DNA of 44,101 bases from a virus: IMG/VR virus record IMGVR_UViG_3300026288_000007, positions 1-44,101 of that record; one strand, 5' to 3'. Under the pieces are notes generated by a model. It saw only the letters and a list, made by a program, of their open reading frames with translations, was not told the origin of the DNA and ran no database searches. Below are positions 17,731-29,289 of the stretch, in pieces; position 1 is the stretch's first letter; each line of letters opens with the position of its first letter. The position numbers and the translations under genes are program-made.

Positions 17731-20712
17731 TTAAATGTTGATATAAAAAATATCTGTTTCACATGCTGCATATTCAACGACCCTTTTCAAGAAAATAGGT
17801 GTGTCCAAAGGTGTGTTTTCGTCCCACAATTGCCATTCTGATGATGCAGAATGCCGGTAATAAATATGGTCATATATTACAATTTCTTGTATTACGTCTC
17901 CAATCCTGTACGGTATTATCTTACAATCTGATATTTCGTTATAAGATAATTCAGGTGTGTTCAATGAACAGTCAAATTGAGTAATAGGAAATTCAATCTG
18001 TCCATCCCTTATCATGTCAACGCATCCACCGACATAGGATTGAACAAGATTAACCTCAATTAGATTGACACCTGATAATGAACACAAAGGAGTTGAATAA
18101 GTTAGCCATGCTCCGCCGTCGATGCTGTACGTTATAACGGATGTATCTATTGTTGAATTTACCTGACTATTATCTACACTTATTGTAAGGCAACCTGTTA
18201 CCGGATTGAAGTCTAAAACCAGTTGTGGATTGTTCTGACAAGGAACGACATAATAAGTAAATGTTAGCGGAGCGCATTCACCGTCGAATGTTACTGTAGC
18301 CTGAAAGGTAAAGTTACCGGTTGGATTACAAAGAGTATCACCGACGGTAAAGTCATTGTCATCATCGTATTTATAAGAATAATCTATTGTAAGAATTGTT
18401 AATGGCGACGTTCCAACAACTTCCGCAGTCCAGCATAATGAATCTTCAGTTACCTGTAAATTCAAATCTCCATAATCGCACGTTGAACGAGGCTCAAGTG
18501 GTTCATCATAATCAGATTGCCCGGTCAAGTTGCCTTTTGTCGGTACAAGGATTAAAGGCGTTGATATACCACTAACACCTCCGTCCCAGTCTTGAATTTC
18601 AAGAAGTCGCATCGGATAAGAATGTCCGTCAATATCGACATTTATTATGTCTCTAAAGCCTATATCTCCGACGTCGTAAACTAATATGTTATGTTTTATT
18701 GAATCTTGAATAAGCTGTAATGAGCTTAGCCAAAACATCTTAAACAAGTCTTTTAAATCACCGGACCTATTGCCGTATATAAGGCATTCTTTAATTACTG
18801 TCCCGTCACTATTAACAAGATTGGCGAGGTTAAAGGAATACCATGCAGTGGTATCATTGCCGTTGTAAATTAATCCTGGTATCATTAAATCTCCATTCTC
18901 CATTTTCCTACGAACATTTTTGTTCCCGGCATAATATAAAATTCTATGACCTACGTTGAATGAGTATTCTCCATTTTCATTGTCAGAAATATAAGGTAGG
19001 TCATGGGCTGCACGTCTTAATAACGGATCAGGGTCTGTTAAGTTATTGATAAATGTAATCTCCTTATTGAGTGTTGCCCTAAATAACGGATTGCGTGATA
19101 TTATTTCTTGTGAATAACCCCCCGGATTAATCGTTTTGAAGCCGTCAAATATTTGGTAATCTTTGCCGGGGATATCAATTGCAATCCCTTTTTCGGAAGT
19201 TGATGCAAAACCGACCCGAGTGTTTTCTGAAAGAACCGTTTTTTCAAAATTCCGTTTAAGGCTATTGGGAACTACCTGTTCTGTTATGTCGATAAATGTA
19301 TCCTTGTAAAATCCTTCTATTTCTGAATCGTCAAACAAATTGCTTGTTAATGTTGGAAATAAATAAATATGACCGCTATTCCTTTTGTAATACAATTTAG
19401 CATCAAAAAGGTGAACAACGCCTTTTAATACGTCTAAAAATGAAAGATTTGGATCTAATTCATCAGCCATATTAATCGTATCCCCTTCACTATATAATGA
19501 ACGTTCAGGTATTATACTGAATGTGTTTTGAGCCAACAATTTTACGTGAATTGTATCATCTGCATATTGTTCTGATTCGACATAAAGTATAGATAATGGA
19601 GGGATTGTTGCATTTTCAATTTCACAAATTACAGTAACTATTAAAGGTTGATAAAGGGTATTGTAAACCACCGGCATATCAACCTCTTTAATTATCAGAG
19701 GTAAATTAGAATAAAGATTATTAATCATCATTATTCTAAGTTTTACACCACCATTTACAGCGTAACGAGTCCTTAGCTCAAATTTTGCTTTTATTCTTAT
19801 TGTGCCAATAAAACCGGGTGAGCGATAGAAGTATTTATTTTGAAAAATATTTGCAAATACTTCTGGTGAACCACCGGTATAATTATGGCCGGGATCTGAA
19901 TATATATGAGAAAACGGCAATATTATTTTTTTATTGTCATTGTACTCCATCATCATTAATGTACTTTCCGTTGTCGATACAACCTCAAGTGATCTTCTTG
20001 CATTATTATTTTGAACATTTCCATAATCTTCACGGAGCAAGTACATTATCAAACGGCGACCGAAATCACTCTCAAGTAATGTAGATGTGAAAGCCATCCC
20101 ACAAGCAGCGAATCCTTTTCTTAATAGATATAATAATGAAACAAAGGGTCTCATGTCATGCGTCCATAAAGAATTTTGAACAAGATTTATATTATTTGGA
20201 TTATTTGTTAACTGCCCCCAATTGACATGCGGCAGCCGTATTGGTGACCCCCCATCCACATACGCGCCCACATTATTCGTTGATGCAATATTCGCTGCGG
20301 TGAAAGAGAAGATATCAAAGGGGATAGCATTCAATTTCAACATTTCCGCTTTGATTAGCCAATATGAATTCCCGAGCTTTAATTCAGCCGTATATGTCTG
20401 TTCATCTGAAGATACGACAAATAAATCTGTAAAAGGTAGTGTCATGTCACCCAAGTAGGCGACCACCTTACAAGCCTTACCCGCATATTCGCCGGATTGA
20501 CCGTTTATAAATGGTTCTAAAGCCCGTCTATTACGTGGCGTTCTCTTTAGTGTCAACCCTATTGCCGACGGTATCTCTAATTTATCTGCTAAAAAATTGT
20601 TAACCTTTTCCGTTAATCTTAATTGTTCAGGGTCAACATCAAGAAAGTATTTACCGTTTGAGTCAACAAATTGTCCGGTGATGAATGTGTATATTAATTC
20701 TACTTCAATCAT
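17731..20712 (-). CDS. Tail tip/baseplate hub-like protein with three C-terminal Cys-bracketed beta domains
   Basis: 993 aa, second gene after the tape measure, beta-rich, YSIDGG motif. Confidence 0.7.
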   Translation of the reverse strand: MIEVELIYTFITGQFVDSNGKYFLDVDPEQLRLTEKVNNFLADKLEIPSAIGLTLKRTPRNRRALEPFINGQSGEYAGKACKVVAYLGDMTLPFTDLFVVSSDEQTYTAELKLGNSYWLIKAEMLKLNAIPFDIFSFTAANIASTNNVGAYVDGGSPIRLPHVNWGQLTNNPNNINLVQNSLWTHDMRPFVSLLYLLRKGFAACGMAFTSTLLESDFGRRLIMYLLREDYGNVQNNNARRSLEVVSTTESTLMMMEYNDNKKIILPFSHIYSDPGHNYTGGSPEVFANIFQNKYFYRSPGFIGTIRIKAKFELRTRYAVNGGVKLRIMMINNLYSNLPLIIKEVDMPVVYNTLYQPLIVTVICEIENATIPPLSILYVESEQYADDTIHVKLLAQNTFSIIPERSLYSEGDTINMADELDPNLSFLDVLKGVVHLFDAKLYYKRNSGHIYLFPTLTSNLFDDSEIEGFYKDTFIDITEQVVPNSLKRNFEKTVLSENTRVGFASTSEKGIAIDIPGKDYQIFDGFKTINPGGYSQEIISRNPLFRATLNKEITFINNLTDPDPLLRRAAHDLPYISDNENGEYSFNVGHRILYYAGNKNVRRKMENGDLMIPGLIYNGNDTTAWYSFNLANLVNSDGTVIKECLIYGNRSGDLKDLFKMFWLSSLQLIQDSIKHNILVYDVGDIGFRDIINVDIDGHSYPMRLLEIQDWDGGVSGISTPLILVPTKGNLTGQSDYDEPLEPRSTCDYGDLNLQVTEDSLCWTAEVVGTSPLTILTIDYSYKYDDDNDFTVGDTLCNPTGNFTFQATVTFDGECAPLTFTYYVVPCQNNPQLVLDFNPVTGCLTISVDNSQVNSTIDTSVITYSIDGGAWLTYSTPLCSLSGVNLIEVNLVQSYVGGCVDMIRDGQIEFPITQFDCSLNTPELSYNEISDCKIIPYRIGDVIQEIVIYDHIYYRHSASSEWQLWDENTPLDTPIFLKRVVEYAACETDIFYINI

Positions 20713-21818
20713 AATATCCCTATTGCTGCATTTACCGGATTTGCGACATTGCCGGACAACTTAATCCGCATGTTTATACCTTCTTTTATCATCCCCGATT
20801 CTGTAACTTTAAATTTTATAAACTTGTTATTGTAAACTAACAAGTATGAGCTACTACCGAGAAACCCTTCAATAGTTCGGACAGCATCGGGTGACATAAT
20901 AGTCTTTAATTCAAAATCGTACTTTGTATATCCTTTTACATTAGCCAAGTTATTACCGCCGTGTGTGTTATACTTTGTCTGACCCCAATCAGCAATCCCA
21001 CCTCTATGGGTTTTAATTTCATCTTTTTGAACATCCATACCAATATTTACCTCTTTGAATGTCATTGCTGTATAACCTCCGAGCGGATCTAAATAAAGCA
21101 CTTGATACGGATATTCATTAAGTCCGCAATTTTTAAACCGATATGTATAGACTAAATCTCCGTCCGTTTGAAAAGTAACGGTGTAATAAGGGAGTGATGA
21201 TAAGGCAGGAAAATGGGCTGCCCCAATGGGAAAGATGTTTACTTTATTAGCTACACCGGTCATTGTCGATATCACTGTGTTTGCCGGGTTCTTAATAGTC
21301 ACCGTTGCTGCTCCGTACCCATACAACCAATCAACACTTGTTGCATTGTACATTGATACCGGCAATTTTGGTGACATGAGAAAAACGGAAGGTATTGTTT
21401 GAAACTCTTTGTAATTCAAAAGACATGAGTTGATAATATCAATCGTTGCCGAGCTGCTTGGTAAAGGTAATCCGGTCGTTGCCCCTGTTGTAAAGTCGTG
21501 TGTTATCTCCCCATATTTAAGTTTTACCTTCATTATCCCTCCACCGTCTTGTAATGTGTTTGTAAGGATTGTGGGTAATAATGTTTTAATGTTGTAAAGC
21601 TCATTGGCGAATGATATGTTAGGATTTATGTTTACATTATTGGGTGATATCTCCCGAACATTTGTATATTCAGTGACCCCTGTTCCATCCGTCAATTGAT
21701 ATCCTATCGTTTTTTTGTTTACGAGTGGAGTACCTAAATCTGTTATTTCCATTTTCCACTGAATCAAATCATCCACTGTGATAGGTGAAGTTGGTGAAGA
21801 TAGTATGTTAACTGACAT
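20709..21818 (-). CDS. Distal tail (Dit-like) protein, putative
   Basis: Directly after the tape measure; YLDPLGGY..M.F motif of the type seen in Bacteroidota phage tail proteins. Confidence 0.6.
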   Translation of the reverse strand: MSVNILSSPTSPITVDDLIQWKMEITDLGTPLVNKKTIGYQLTDGTGVTEYTNVREISPNNVNINPNISFANELYNIKTLLPTILTNTLQDGGGIMKVKLKYGEITHDFTTGATTGLPLPSSSATIDIINSCLLNYKEFQTIPSVFLMSPKLPVSMYNATSVDWLYGYGAATVTIKNPANTVISTMTGVANKVNIFPIGAAHFPALSSLPYYTVTFQTDGDLVYTYRFKNCGLNEYPYQVLYLDPLGGYTAMTFKEVNIGMDVQKDEIKTHRGGIADWGQTKYNTHGGNNLANVKGYTKYDFELKTIMSPDAVRTIEGFLGSSSYLLVYNNKFIKFKVTESGMIKEGINMRIKLSGNVANPVNAAIGIL

Positions 21819-24800
21819 TATCTTGTTGAATTATATTGTTGAATATTACGTCTTTCAATTAGTCTTGTTTTTTGTTCCTCCCCTGCGAGAACCCCATCCA
21901 TTACGGCAATACGTGTTTCTTGTGCAACTATCCTCGCAAAGGTAATCATATCTGTATTATTAACCCTTGCAACCATCGGGTTACCTGTGTTAATAGATTG
22001 AGGCATTGCTGAGACGAACCCTCCATCCGCATATTTTGAACGGTGAAGAGCTTCGAAGAAAGGTCTATATTTTTGCGTCTTTTCCTTTGTGAAAACAAAC
22101 TCCCCTTCATGCACGATTCCGGCAGGCTTGAAACCAGTTGAATCTGCTGGCATAATCCCCTTACCTGTATAACCGCCATCGGCAAAAGTAGCAGCCTTAA
22201 TCTTAGCGATTTGAAAACCTGTCGTTGCACCAATCCCTATTGCTGCTATTGCTCCACCAATCGGACCGAGTGTGGCAAGTGCCTGAATTATCGCCAACGC
22301 TCCTGAGACTATTGCTTGTGCTATTTTTGCTTGTTTGTCTTGTTCAAAAGCTTCACGCTGTATTTTCTCAATTTTATCGCTCTTTTCTTTTTCAAGTGCC
22401 GCCTCTATTGTCGCATTCCCTTTCGCCTGTTCAAGCTTGTAATTATATTCCTTATCAATAGCGTTCAATGCATTCTTAGTTTCATTCTCTCGTGCTATCT
22501 GTTCAAGGTCAAAGATGCCATCTGCTATTATGTTAGCATAATCAAAAGATGCAGCCTTGATTTTTTCTTGATATTCAATTTCTTTTGCTAAGCGTTCCTC
22601 CCGAGCTTTGTCCCTCGCTTTTTCAATATCTGAAATGTCTTTGAGATTTTTTTGCTTGTATTTATCCAAAAAGTCAAATACCTTTTTTTCTCCTTTTTCA
22701 GAAACGACCTCTCCTATTTCATCCACTGCATCCCTGATAGGCAATTGAGGCAGTTGACCAGGTGTTTTTCTTTCACGTGTCGCAATTCGATTCTGCAGTA
22801 ATTCAAGCGCCTCTTTCGCATCGTCTAATTTCTTTTTTGCCTCGTTTGATTTTTCGATAATAATTGTTAGTACTTTTGGGTCAACCTCCGTTTGCAACTT
22901 TGAAACTAAATCGTTATATCTTTTTTCTAAATCCTTTATGCTTCCGATCCTATAGTCCGGCGCACTTTTTTTACTGCCTGATTTTCTTGTTTGTGTCTTT
23001 GTTGACGTCGTTCCTTCATCATCCGGATTCCCCTTTATTGGTTGTTTAACATATTCACGACCGTTGGCGGTTATTTTATATGGGCGTCCATTCGCATCAT
23101 AATATGTTCTGTTTCCACGTGCTTTTTCTGCATCCCGGATAACTTGCCGTGATGCTATTTTAAGTCTTTCTTCCCTTCCCTCTCTGTTCCCTCCGGAATA
23201 TTTTAAGGCTTCCTTAAAAGTTAAATTCCCCTGCGCCCATTGTGACCATGCTTGAAAAGCATCTGCGGAATCTTTTAAAAAGTTTTTTGTAAAATTCTGT
23301 AAACCAGAACTTACAGCAAAGTCAGACATAGCATTTTTAAGCCGTTGCCATTGACCTGGGATATTATCCATCATCTCTCTTTGCTCATTGAGCAAACTAT
23401 TTGTTTCGCCAATCGCAATATTACCGGTCTTGATTCTATCGTTTACGAGCTGTTGATTTCCTGCCCATTTGAAGAAAATCTCAGAAACTCCTGCCCCCTT
23501 GAGCCCGAGTTCACCTAACAAGGTGATTAATTCAGTTGCTGACCCGCCAGATTTTGATACCAATTTAGATATTACAAGGTTTATAGCTTCAATAGGGGAT
23601 GTGTCTAATAATTTGTGTAATTCATCTTTTGCCACTCCGGTAACCTTTGCGAACTTATCTAAGTTTTCTCGCATGTTTTGATTTAGCTTAACAAAAGCCG
23701 TTCCCCCACGTTCCGCATTAATACCCATTTCGATTATTGCGCTTGATACGCCTAAAATGTCACCTTGTGTAAGTCCTATCGCCTTTCCGACGCCTCCTAT
23801 TCGGGTAGCAACGTCCGCAATCTCTCCAGCCGATGCTGCGCCATTATTCGCCAGTTCATTGAGTGCATTACCGATAAATTGGAAGTTTTGAGCTAATTCC
23901 GTTCCGTCTGACGTCGCCCCAAAAAGGATGTTAGATAATTTTGCAACGGTATTTGTTGTCTCCTCAACGCCGCCACTAAATTCATCGCCTAAAGCAATAT
24001 TTAAAACATTTACTGCTTCGGTAAACTTTAGTACTCCTTCTTCTCCAGTGACACCAAAACGACCGGCTTCAACGGATATCTTTAAAAGGTCCTGTAAAGT
24101 TGTGGAAGTATCAAGAGCCTTTAATCCATCTGTAAGACGTTCGACAGCGTCAGAATTGAGACCGGTCGTTTTTCTTACATTAGCCTGAATGCCATCAATT
24201 TCAGCATTCAAAGCGATTATTTGCTTCATAAGTGAAGTCGCTGCTACTCCAGCCGCTGCGACACCGCCCAATGCAAAAGCAGACATTCCACCACCTAACA
24301 GACCTCCAGATGCGTTACTTATAAACGTGTTTGCGACATTACCAACAGTTGGATAATTTCCGACGTTCCGTTGACTTCGACCTGTTGCACTTTCTAAACC
24401 TAATAAATTCTGATGCTGCTGTTGAATTCTATCTCTTAGTTCAATGCCTCGAGCGGCATTACGTTCAGCCTCTGAAAGTTTATCGTATTCAGACCTTAAA
24501 TCGTTAAGAACATGACGTAACCCGATTATAGATTTCTTTTTTATTTCGTCGTTCCTGATAGCTTCCTGAACATCCAGCTTGCGTTGTGCTGCCACTCTTC
24601 TTATTTCCTCCCTTTCCTGACGCAATAAGTCTCTATTCCCTTGTTCCCATGCCTTTCTTTCTCTCGCCTGTTGAGCCGCATCAGACATATCTTTTTTTGT
24701 TGCCTTATTGCGATCCTCAATAGCTTTTTTTGTGTTGTTGATTGCGACGGTTAACTTGCTTTCCTCATCAGTAATCTTAGACATTCCTACATCGTTAATG

Positions 24801-24913
24801 TCTTTGATTTTCTTTTTTATTTCAGCAAGTTGTTTCTCAAGTGCATTTAAATCGCTCAATTGCGACTTTACACCGTCTATCTTTAAAGAAAATGAAAGTG
24901 TCTTAGTTGCCAT
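21818..24913 (-). CDS. Tail tape measure protein
   Basis: 1031 aa; RNVGNY, TP901-type core (VRKTTGL, AERGGTA), C-terminal FADGGYT...PAGIVHEGEFV. Confidence 0.93.
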   Translation of the reverse strand: MATKTLSFSLKIDGVKSQLSDLNALEKQLAEIKKKIKDINDVGMSKITDEESKLTVAINNTKKAIEDRNKATKKDMSDAAQQARERKAWEQGNRDLLRQEREEIRRVAAQRKLDVQEAIRNDEIKKKSIIGLRHVLNDLRSEYDKLSEAERNAARGIELRDRIQQQHQNLLGLESATGRSQRNVGNYPTVGNVANTFISNASGGLLGGGMSAFALGGVAAAGVAATSLMKQIIALNAEIDGIQANVRKTTGLNSDAVERLTDGLKALDTSTTLQDLLKISVEAGRFGVTGEEGVLKFTEAVNVLNIALGDEFSGGVEETTNTVAKLSNILFGATSDGTELAQNFQFIGNALNELANNGAASAGEIADVATRIGGVGKAIGLTQGDILGVSSAIIEMGINAERGGTAFVKLNQNMRENLDKFAKVTGVAKDELHKLLDTSPIEAINLVISKLVSKSGGSATELITLLGELGLKGAGVSEIFFKWAGNQQLVNDRIKTGNIAIGETNSLLNEQREMMDNIPGQWQRLKNAMSDFAVSSGLQNFTKNFLKDSADAFQAWSQWAQGNLTFKEALKYSGGNREGREERLKIASRQVIRDAEKARGNRTYYDANGRPYKITANGREYVKQPIKGNPDDEGTTSTKTQTRKSGSKKSAPDYRIGSIKDLEKRYNDLVSKLQTEVDPKVLTIIIEKSNEAKKKLDDAKEALELLQNRIATRERKTPGQLPQLPIRDAVDEIGEVVSEKGEKKVFDFLDKYKQKNLKDISDIEKARDKAREERLAKEIEYQEKIKAASFDYANIIADGIFDLEQIARENETKNALNAIDKEYNYKLEQAKGNATIEAALEKEKSDKIEKIQREAFEQDKQAKIAQAIVSGALAIIQALATLGPIGGAIAAIGIGATTGFQIAKIKAATFADGGYTGKGIMPADSTGFKPAGIVHEGEFVFTKEKTQKYRPFFEALHRSKYADGGFVSAMPQSINTGNPMVARVNNTDMITFARIVAQETRIAVMDGVLAGEEQKTRLIERRNIQQYNSTR

Positions 24914-25424
24914 AATTTGTCAAATTTAAAATCATTTCGTCAATAAAATTATCTATCCTTAACATAAATTCGTGTGATAATATATCGAAATTATTATTAT
25001 TATCAATAACCTTTGTAACGAATCCTGTTCTTTCACCATTCTTTGAAAACCGACTTGACGCCTTAGTCGGCATGCCCTCTCTCTTATGTATCGTTGCCGT
25101 TGCAAATGCAAAACTTTTTGATTCTTTGTCGCTGTATCCCTTTGATAAAAAATAATTTATTAAGGCATCAATGTATTTACTTTTCTTTGCGCCGCTGCCC
25201 CGTCTGTATGGGATACGTGATGCAGAAACTCCATAATTGACTTTATTCCAATAATCATTCATAAAAAAATCTGATACAATAGTATCTGCTGCCTGATACG
25301 CCTTAAAGTCAATGCTATTAAGCAAACTACCTGTATTGTTGTGTCCCTGATCCTTTAGGTTTGTCTTTATATCTGATATTATCAGATCAGATATTGTCGA
25401 TATTAATTCTTGTACATCAATCAT
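24903..25424 (-). CDS. Neck/tail-completion protein, putative
   Basis: TGSLLNSI motif, YWNKVNYG, A.TI.REG pattern of HK97 gp10-like proteins. Confidence 0.6.
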   Translation of the reverse strand: MIDVQELISTISDLIISDIKTNLKDQGHNNTGSLLNSIDFKAYQAADTIVSDFFMNDYWNKVNYGVSASRIPYRRGSGAKKSKYIDALINYFLSKGYSDKESKSFAFATATIHKREGMPTKASSRFSKNGERTGFVTKVIDNNNNFDILSHEFMLRIDNFIDEMILNLTNYGN

Positions 25425-26143
25425 AATTCTATTGTTATCCTATTAATGACAGAACCTATTAATTTATTCATCCCTCCGGAAAAGGATTCAATTGTTAAAT
25501 CCGATAATGCTTTAGGCCACACTACATTTTTTAATATATTTGAAAAAGGATTAATTTCAAAATACATATCTTGATTATTGATAATATAATCTTGAGGCAA
25601 AAGCAAAGTATTACATTCTTCACATCCAATATTATTAAAAGCTCCTACGGTTGATAATTGTCTCAAAAAGTTTTGCAATAAAATGGACGTGTCATTCTCG
25701 ATCTCAAATTGATTCCGTGAATCACATATTTTTTTAGAAGAGCAGTTACAAGCGCACACACCATTTTTATCGACATACGAATATTTATAATTGTCGTAAT
25801 TTTCGGCAATGTAATCTAATACAGCTAAATGGAATGTTATTGAGTTGCTACATTCACCGCCGGCGATACCTTTAATATTTTGTGATTGTGGGATAATTGC
25901 AAGTAATGGATATTCAAATGACATGTTACCGGATGGATAACCTTCTTGATTCCATTTTTTCGAATAAAAGAAAGGTTTGTATTTTTCTATTACCGTTTTT
26001 TCGAGTTGTTCACGACTTGCTACCTGCCATTCATCTAAGACGGCAAATGTTTGTATTTGTTCACATCTGACTGTGGTTTTTTGTTGTGATAGTGCTAAAA
26101 CATTGCGTATAGCTGAATATAATTCAATAAATCCAAACTGCAT
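25421..26143 (-). CDS. Structural protein, possibly tail terminator
   Basis: First gene of the tail operon, with YPLLAIIP and beta strands. Function inferred from synteny. Confidence 0.5.
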   Translation of the reverse strand: MQFGFIELYSAIRNVLALSQQKTTVRCEQIQTFAVLDEWQVASREQLEKTVIEKYKPFFYSKKWNQEGYPSGNMSFEYPLLAIIPQSQNIKGIAGGECSNSITFHLAVLDYIAENYDNYKYSYVDKNGVCACNCSSKKICDSRNQFEIENDTSILLQNFLRQLSTVGAFNNIGCEECNTLLLPQDYIINNQDMYFEINPFSNILKNVVWPKALSDLTIESFSGGMNKLIGSVINRITIEL

Positions 26144-26156
26144 ATTATTTTAGTCA

Positions 26157-26269
26157 CAAAAGTACGATAAAGAAAAGGAAGGGGATAAATATAACAAAAA
26201 TGCAGTATGTAATACAACCACATAGATAAGACAATATAGTCTGAAAAAACAAAATATGATGCACCTTTG
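26157..26269. promoter_or_regulatory. Divergent late promoters between tail (-) and head (+) operons
   Basis: Minus TACTTTTG 26157-26164; plus variant CACCTTTG 26262-26269. Confidence 0.5.
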
Positions 26270-26273
26270 TAAC

Positions 26274-27026
26274 ATGACAAAAAAGACATTATTGCGACTT
26301 GTTAACAACGGAGTGTTATTCGCTAACAGCGACCTGACATTTTTTGAATCTTTTTTTGATGATGATATCCAAATTGAATCACACGTAAAAAACGGTATAG
26401 CACATGTAAGGATTGACGATTTGCTTTATTTCGGTACTGAAAAAACATCAGTACAAAGCTATGCAGAATTATTTAAGGAATTACAAAAAGATGATTCTGT
26501 TCAAGGTGTTATCATAGAGATTGACAGCGGCGGTGGTCACGATTCAGCAAGTATGTACTTGGGGAATGTTATATCAGAATTAACGGCAGTAAAGCCTGTT
26601 GTTGCTTACGGTCACATGATAGCTTCTGGCGCTTATCTCATGTCAATAAATTGTAACCTTATAATTGCATCTAATATATTGAGTAAAATAGGTTCAATCG
26701 GTGCTTATGTCAGTCTTAGCAAGATAATGAAGGAATTTTATTCAGAATTTTTTGAAGATGTTTATGCCGAGCAGTCACCGGAAAAAAATGAAGAATTTAG
26801 GGAGTATGTAATAGATGGAGGTACTGAAAAATATCAAAAAATGGCAAATGAATCAGCAAGATCTTTTATCAGTGCAGTAAAAGAGAAAAGAGCATTTGTG
26901 AATGATGAAGTTTTTGCCGGAAAATTATACACAGCAGAAAACGCAAAAAGAGTAGGTTTGATTGATGGTATTGGAACGTTGGATTACGCAAAGAGCCGGA
27001 TTATCTCTTTATTAAATAATTATTAA
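26274..27026 (+). CDS. S49 (SppA/ClpP-like) prohead protease
   Basis: IDSGGG, KPVVAY, ASGAY, IGSIG, GLIDGIG. Confidence 0.92.
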   Translation: MTKKTLLRLVNNGVLFANSDLTFFESFFDDDIQIESHVKNGIAHVRIDDLLYFGTEKTSVQSYAELFKELQKDDSVQGVIIEIDSGGGHDSASMYLGNVISELTAVKPVVAYGHMIASGAYLMSINCNLIIASNILSKIGSIGAYVSLSKIMKEFYSEFFEDVYAEQSPEKNEEFREYVIDGGTEKYQKMANESARSFISAVKEKRAFVNDEVFAGKLYTAENAKRVGLIDGIGTLDYAKSRIISLLNNY

Positions 27027-27037
27027 AAATGTAAAAA

Positions 27038-27457
27038 ATGAAATTTGCAAAAAATTTTGTGAACGCATTAAACAACGCCTTAGGCTTTGCAGTAATAAAA
27101 GACGACGAGACTATCGACGAAGCTACCGCAAGGCTTGAGACAATGCCGACACACCAAAAAGATGATTCTGTAATAGATGAAATAAAAACATCTATTCAGA
27201 CTACAGAGGCAACACTTTTAGAATTAAAAGAAAAAGTTACTGAAATAGTAACTGCTCGAAAAAATGACAACACTGAATTATTGATGATGATGTCAGACTT
27301 AAAAGCGGAAATTGACACGATTCAGAATGAAGTGACAGAGGTAAAAAAAGATTCTTTACCAAAGCCTATTGTCAACAATTCTATTGTTGGAACGACTGCG
27401 ACAAACAATTTAACGAATGTAATTACCTTATCTAAGGGTAGATTTTCAAACAATTAA
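27038..27457 (+). CDS. Scaffolding protein, putative
   Basis: Acidic coiled coil between protease and capsid. Confidence 0.6.
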   Translation: MKFAKNFVNALNNALGFAVIKDDETIDEATARLETMPTHQKDDSVIDEIKTSIQTTEATLLELKEKVTEIVTARKNDNTELLMMMSDLKAEIDTIQNEVTEVKKDSLPKPIVNNSIVGTTATNNLTNVITLSKGRFSNN

Positions 27458-27469
27458 AATAATATAAAT

Positions 27470-28690
27470 ATGCCTATTAACACAATAGAAGTGCCTAAGC
27501 AGATAAACATTGACGGTGTCGGCACAGTTTCAGCTGGTATTAACTTTACCGGTGGATTATCCTTATCCGCAAACAGAGAGGCAGGGATTCAACTATTTAT
27601 TAAAAGTGGTCTTCAATCAATCGGATTGTACAATGACCCTTTAAAATTATTCAGCGTATCAAACGATATAGTTTCCGGACGTGCGATGTTTATGAACATT
27701 ATGGCAGCATCATTCGGATTACGCCCGGCAAACGGTTGTAATTGGGATCCGGCAGCTCGTGTGTTTATCGACAATGAAGGTATCAAGATGTATTCATTGA
27801 CCTACCAATTTGAGCAATGTTATGATGAATTTATCGGCTCATGTTTGCGTCAATTGCTTGGCAAAGGTAACAGCATTCAAGATATATTAGCCACTGAAGA
27901 TGGGCAAAGATTGTTGGAAACAGCGTTTGCTGCGGTGTATGAAGGAGCGTTAACGGACGGTGATATTATGGCATGGATTGCACGTCACCCACTTATAGCA
28001 ACAGCATATAATAACGGTGTTAGCGGTATGGATGCTGATGAATTTGACCGTTTCTATGCGCAAAATGGTACTAACAGAGTTCCGGAAGGGTGGTTAGCGC
28101 AAATTGATAATGCCAGAATAAGCGGTATTCCAAATCTTAATGGCCACATCAATCCAATTGATGTTCACGGTAATGACTTTGTCGGAGACGGTATTGCAGT
28201 TCTTAACAATCTTAAATCTAATGCAACAAGCAAATTAAGAGTAGCTATTTCAAAGAACCCTGCTGACGGCGTCTATTTCGTATCACGTACTTTATTTGAA
28301 AGGATAAAAGTACAACTTGGGGACTCTTGTTGCTCCGATGAGCTTATTAAAGCAAAACTTTTAGGAGATAATGCTAATATAGGATGGACAAGGGAACACA
28401 TTATGTATAACGGTCTATACGTTGTTCCGGTTGATGCTTGGGACGTCCTTAATGAGGCTACTGCGACAAACGCTGTTAGATCCTTGTTGACAGTAAAGGG
28501 GAACTTGGGTGCTGCCTTCGATGTAAGCAAAACAACCGGCGGATCTCCTGATATTGCTTTTGAGGCTGAACAGCGGCTCGGACCTGGAGACGGATTTATG
28601 GGCAAAGTCTACGGACATGCAAACTACGAACTTGGAATTGGTATCTTAAACAGGGATTATCTATCTTATGCATCTTATGTTAGTGCCTAA
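27470..28690 (+). CDS. Major capsid protein, putative
   Basis: 406 aa following protease and scaffold; composition and position fit an HK97-fold capsid. Confidence 0.75.
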   Translation: MPINTIEVPKQINIDGVGTVSAGINFTGGLSLSANREAGIQLFIKSGLQSIGLYNDPLKLFSVSNDIVSGRAMFMNIMAASFGLRPANGCNWDPAARVFIDNEGIKMYSLTYQFEQCYDEFIGSCLRQLLGKGNSIQDILATEDGQRLLETAFAAVYEGALTDGDIMAWIARHPLIATAYNNGVSGMDADEFDRFYAQNGTNRVPEGWLAQIDNARISGIPNLNGHINPIDVHGNDFVGDGIAVLNNLKSNATSKLRVAISKNPADGVYFVSRTLFERIKVQLGDSCCSDELIKAKLLGDNANIGWTREHIMYNGLYVVPVDAWDVLNEATATNAVRSLLTVKGNLGAAFDVSKTTGGSPDIAFEAEQRLGPGDGFMGKVYGHANYELGIGILNRDYLSYASYVSA

Positions 28691-28717
28691 TATTATTTAA
28701 TTAAAAAAATGTAAAAA

Positions 28718-29269
28718 ATGATAGCATGCGCATTCACAGAATACACTACGATCTGCACACGTGGGGCTGGTGGTGTTAAAAGGACAGCCGGAATCCCTCG
28801 TTCAAAGGTATCTTCAATAACCTTTACGTCAGGAGAGGTATCAGCGATAGCACTTGTAGCGAGCTTCCATTTCGCTCAAGTATTATGGGCTGATAATAAC
28901 ACAGCAACATTTACAGAGAGTGAGCCGACACGAGATAGCGACATTAAGACACAAGAAATGATAGCTAACTTGTACGGTGTTACCCAAGCTACAAAAGCAT
29001 GGGCAGAACAGGCGGAGGCTTGTTGTGAAGGTTTGGTTTTAGTACATGAGATGAATGACGGTACTGTACGTATTCAAGGTATCGAATATTATGGGACTAC
29101 AGCACCTATTTGGGGTTACACGCCCGGCAAAGCATTAATATTCACAGGGACAAATAACGGTACTTTGCAGACTAAGGCAATAACAACGGTTAAAGCTGAA
29201 TCATTATCAATTTACCCAGCTCCATTCGTCGCAAGCTCCTTGACTTTCGACGCAATATTAGCACTGTAG
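28718..29269 (+). CDS. Major tail tube protein, putative
   Basis: 183 aa; C....GGVK start, V..NDG....G pattern; co-transcribed with capsid and followed by a terminator. Confidence 0.6.
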   Translation: MIACAFTEYTTICTRGAGGVKRTAGIPRSKVSSITFTSGEVSAIALVASFHFAQVLWADNNTATFTESEPTRDSDIKTQEMIANLYGVTQATKAWAEQAEACCEGLVLVHEMNDGTVRIQGIEYYGTTAPIWGYTPGKALIFTGTNNGTLQTKAITTVKAESLSIYPAPFVASSLTFDAILAL

Positions 29270-29289
29270 TATTCTTTCATATCGGATCG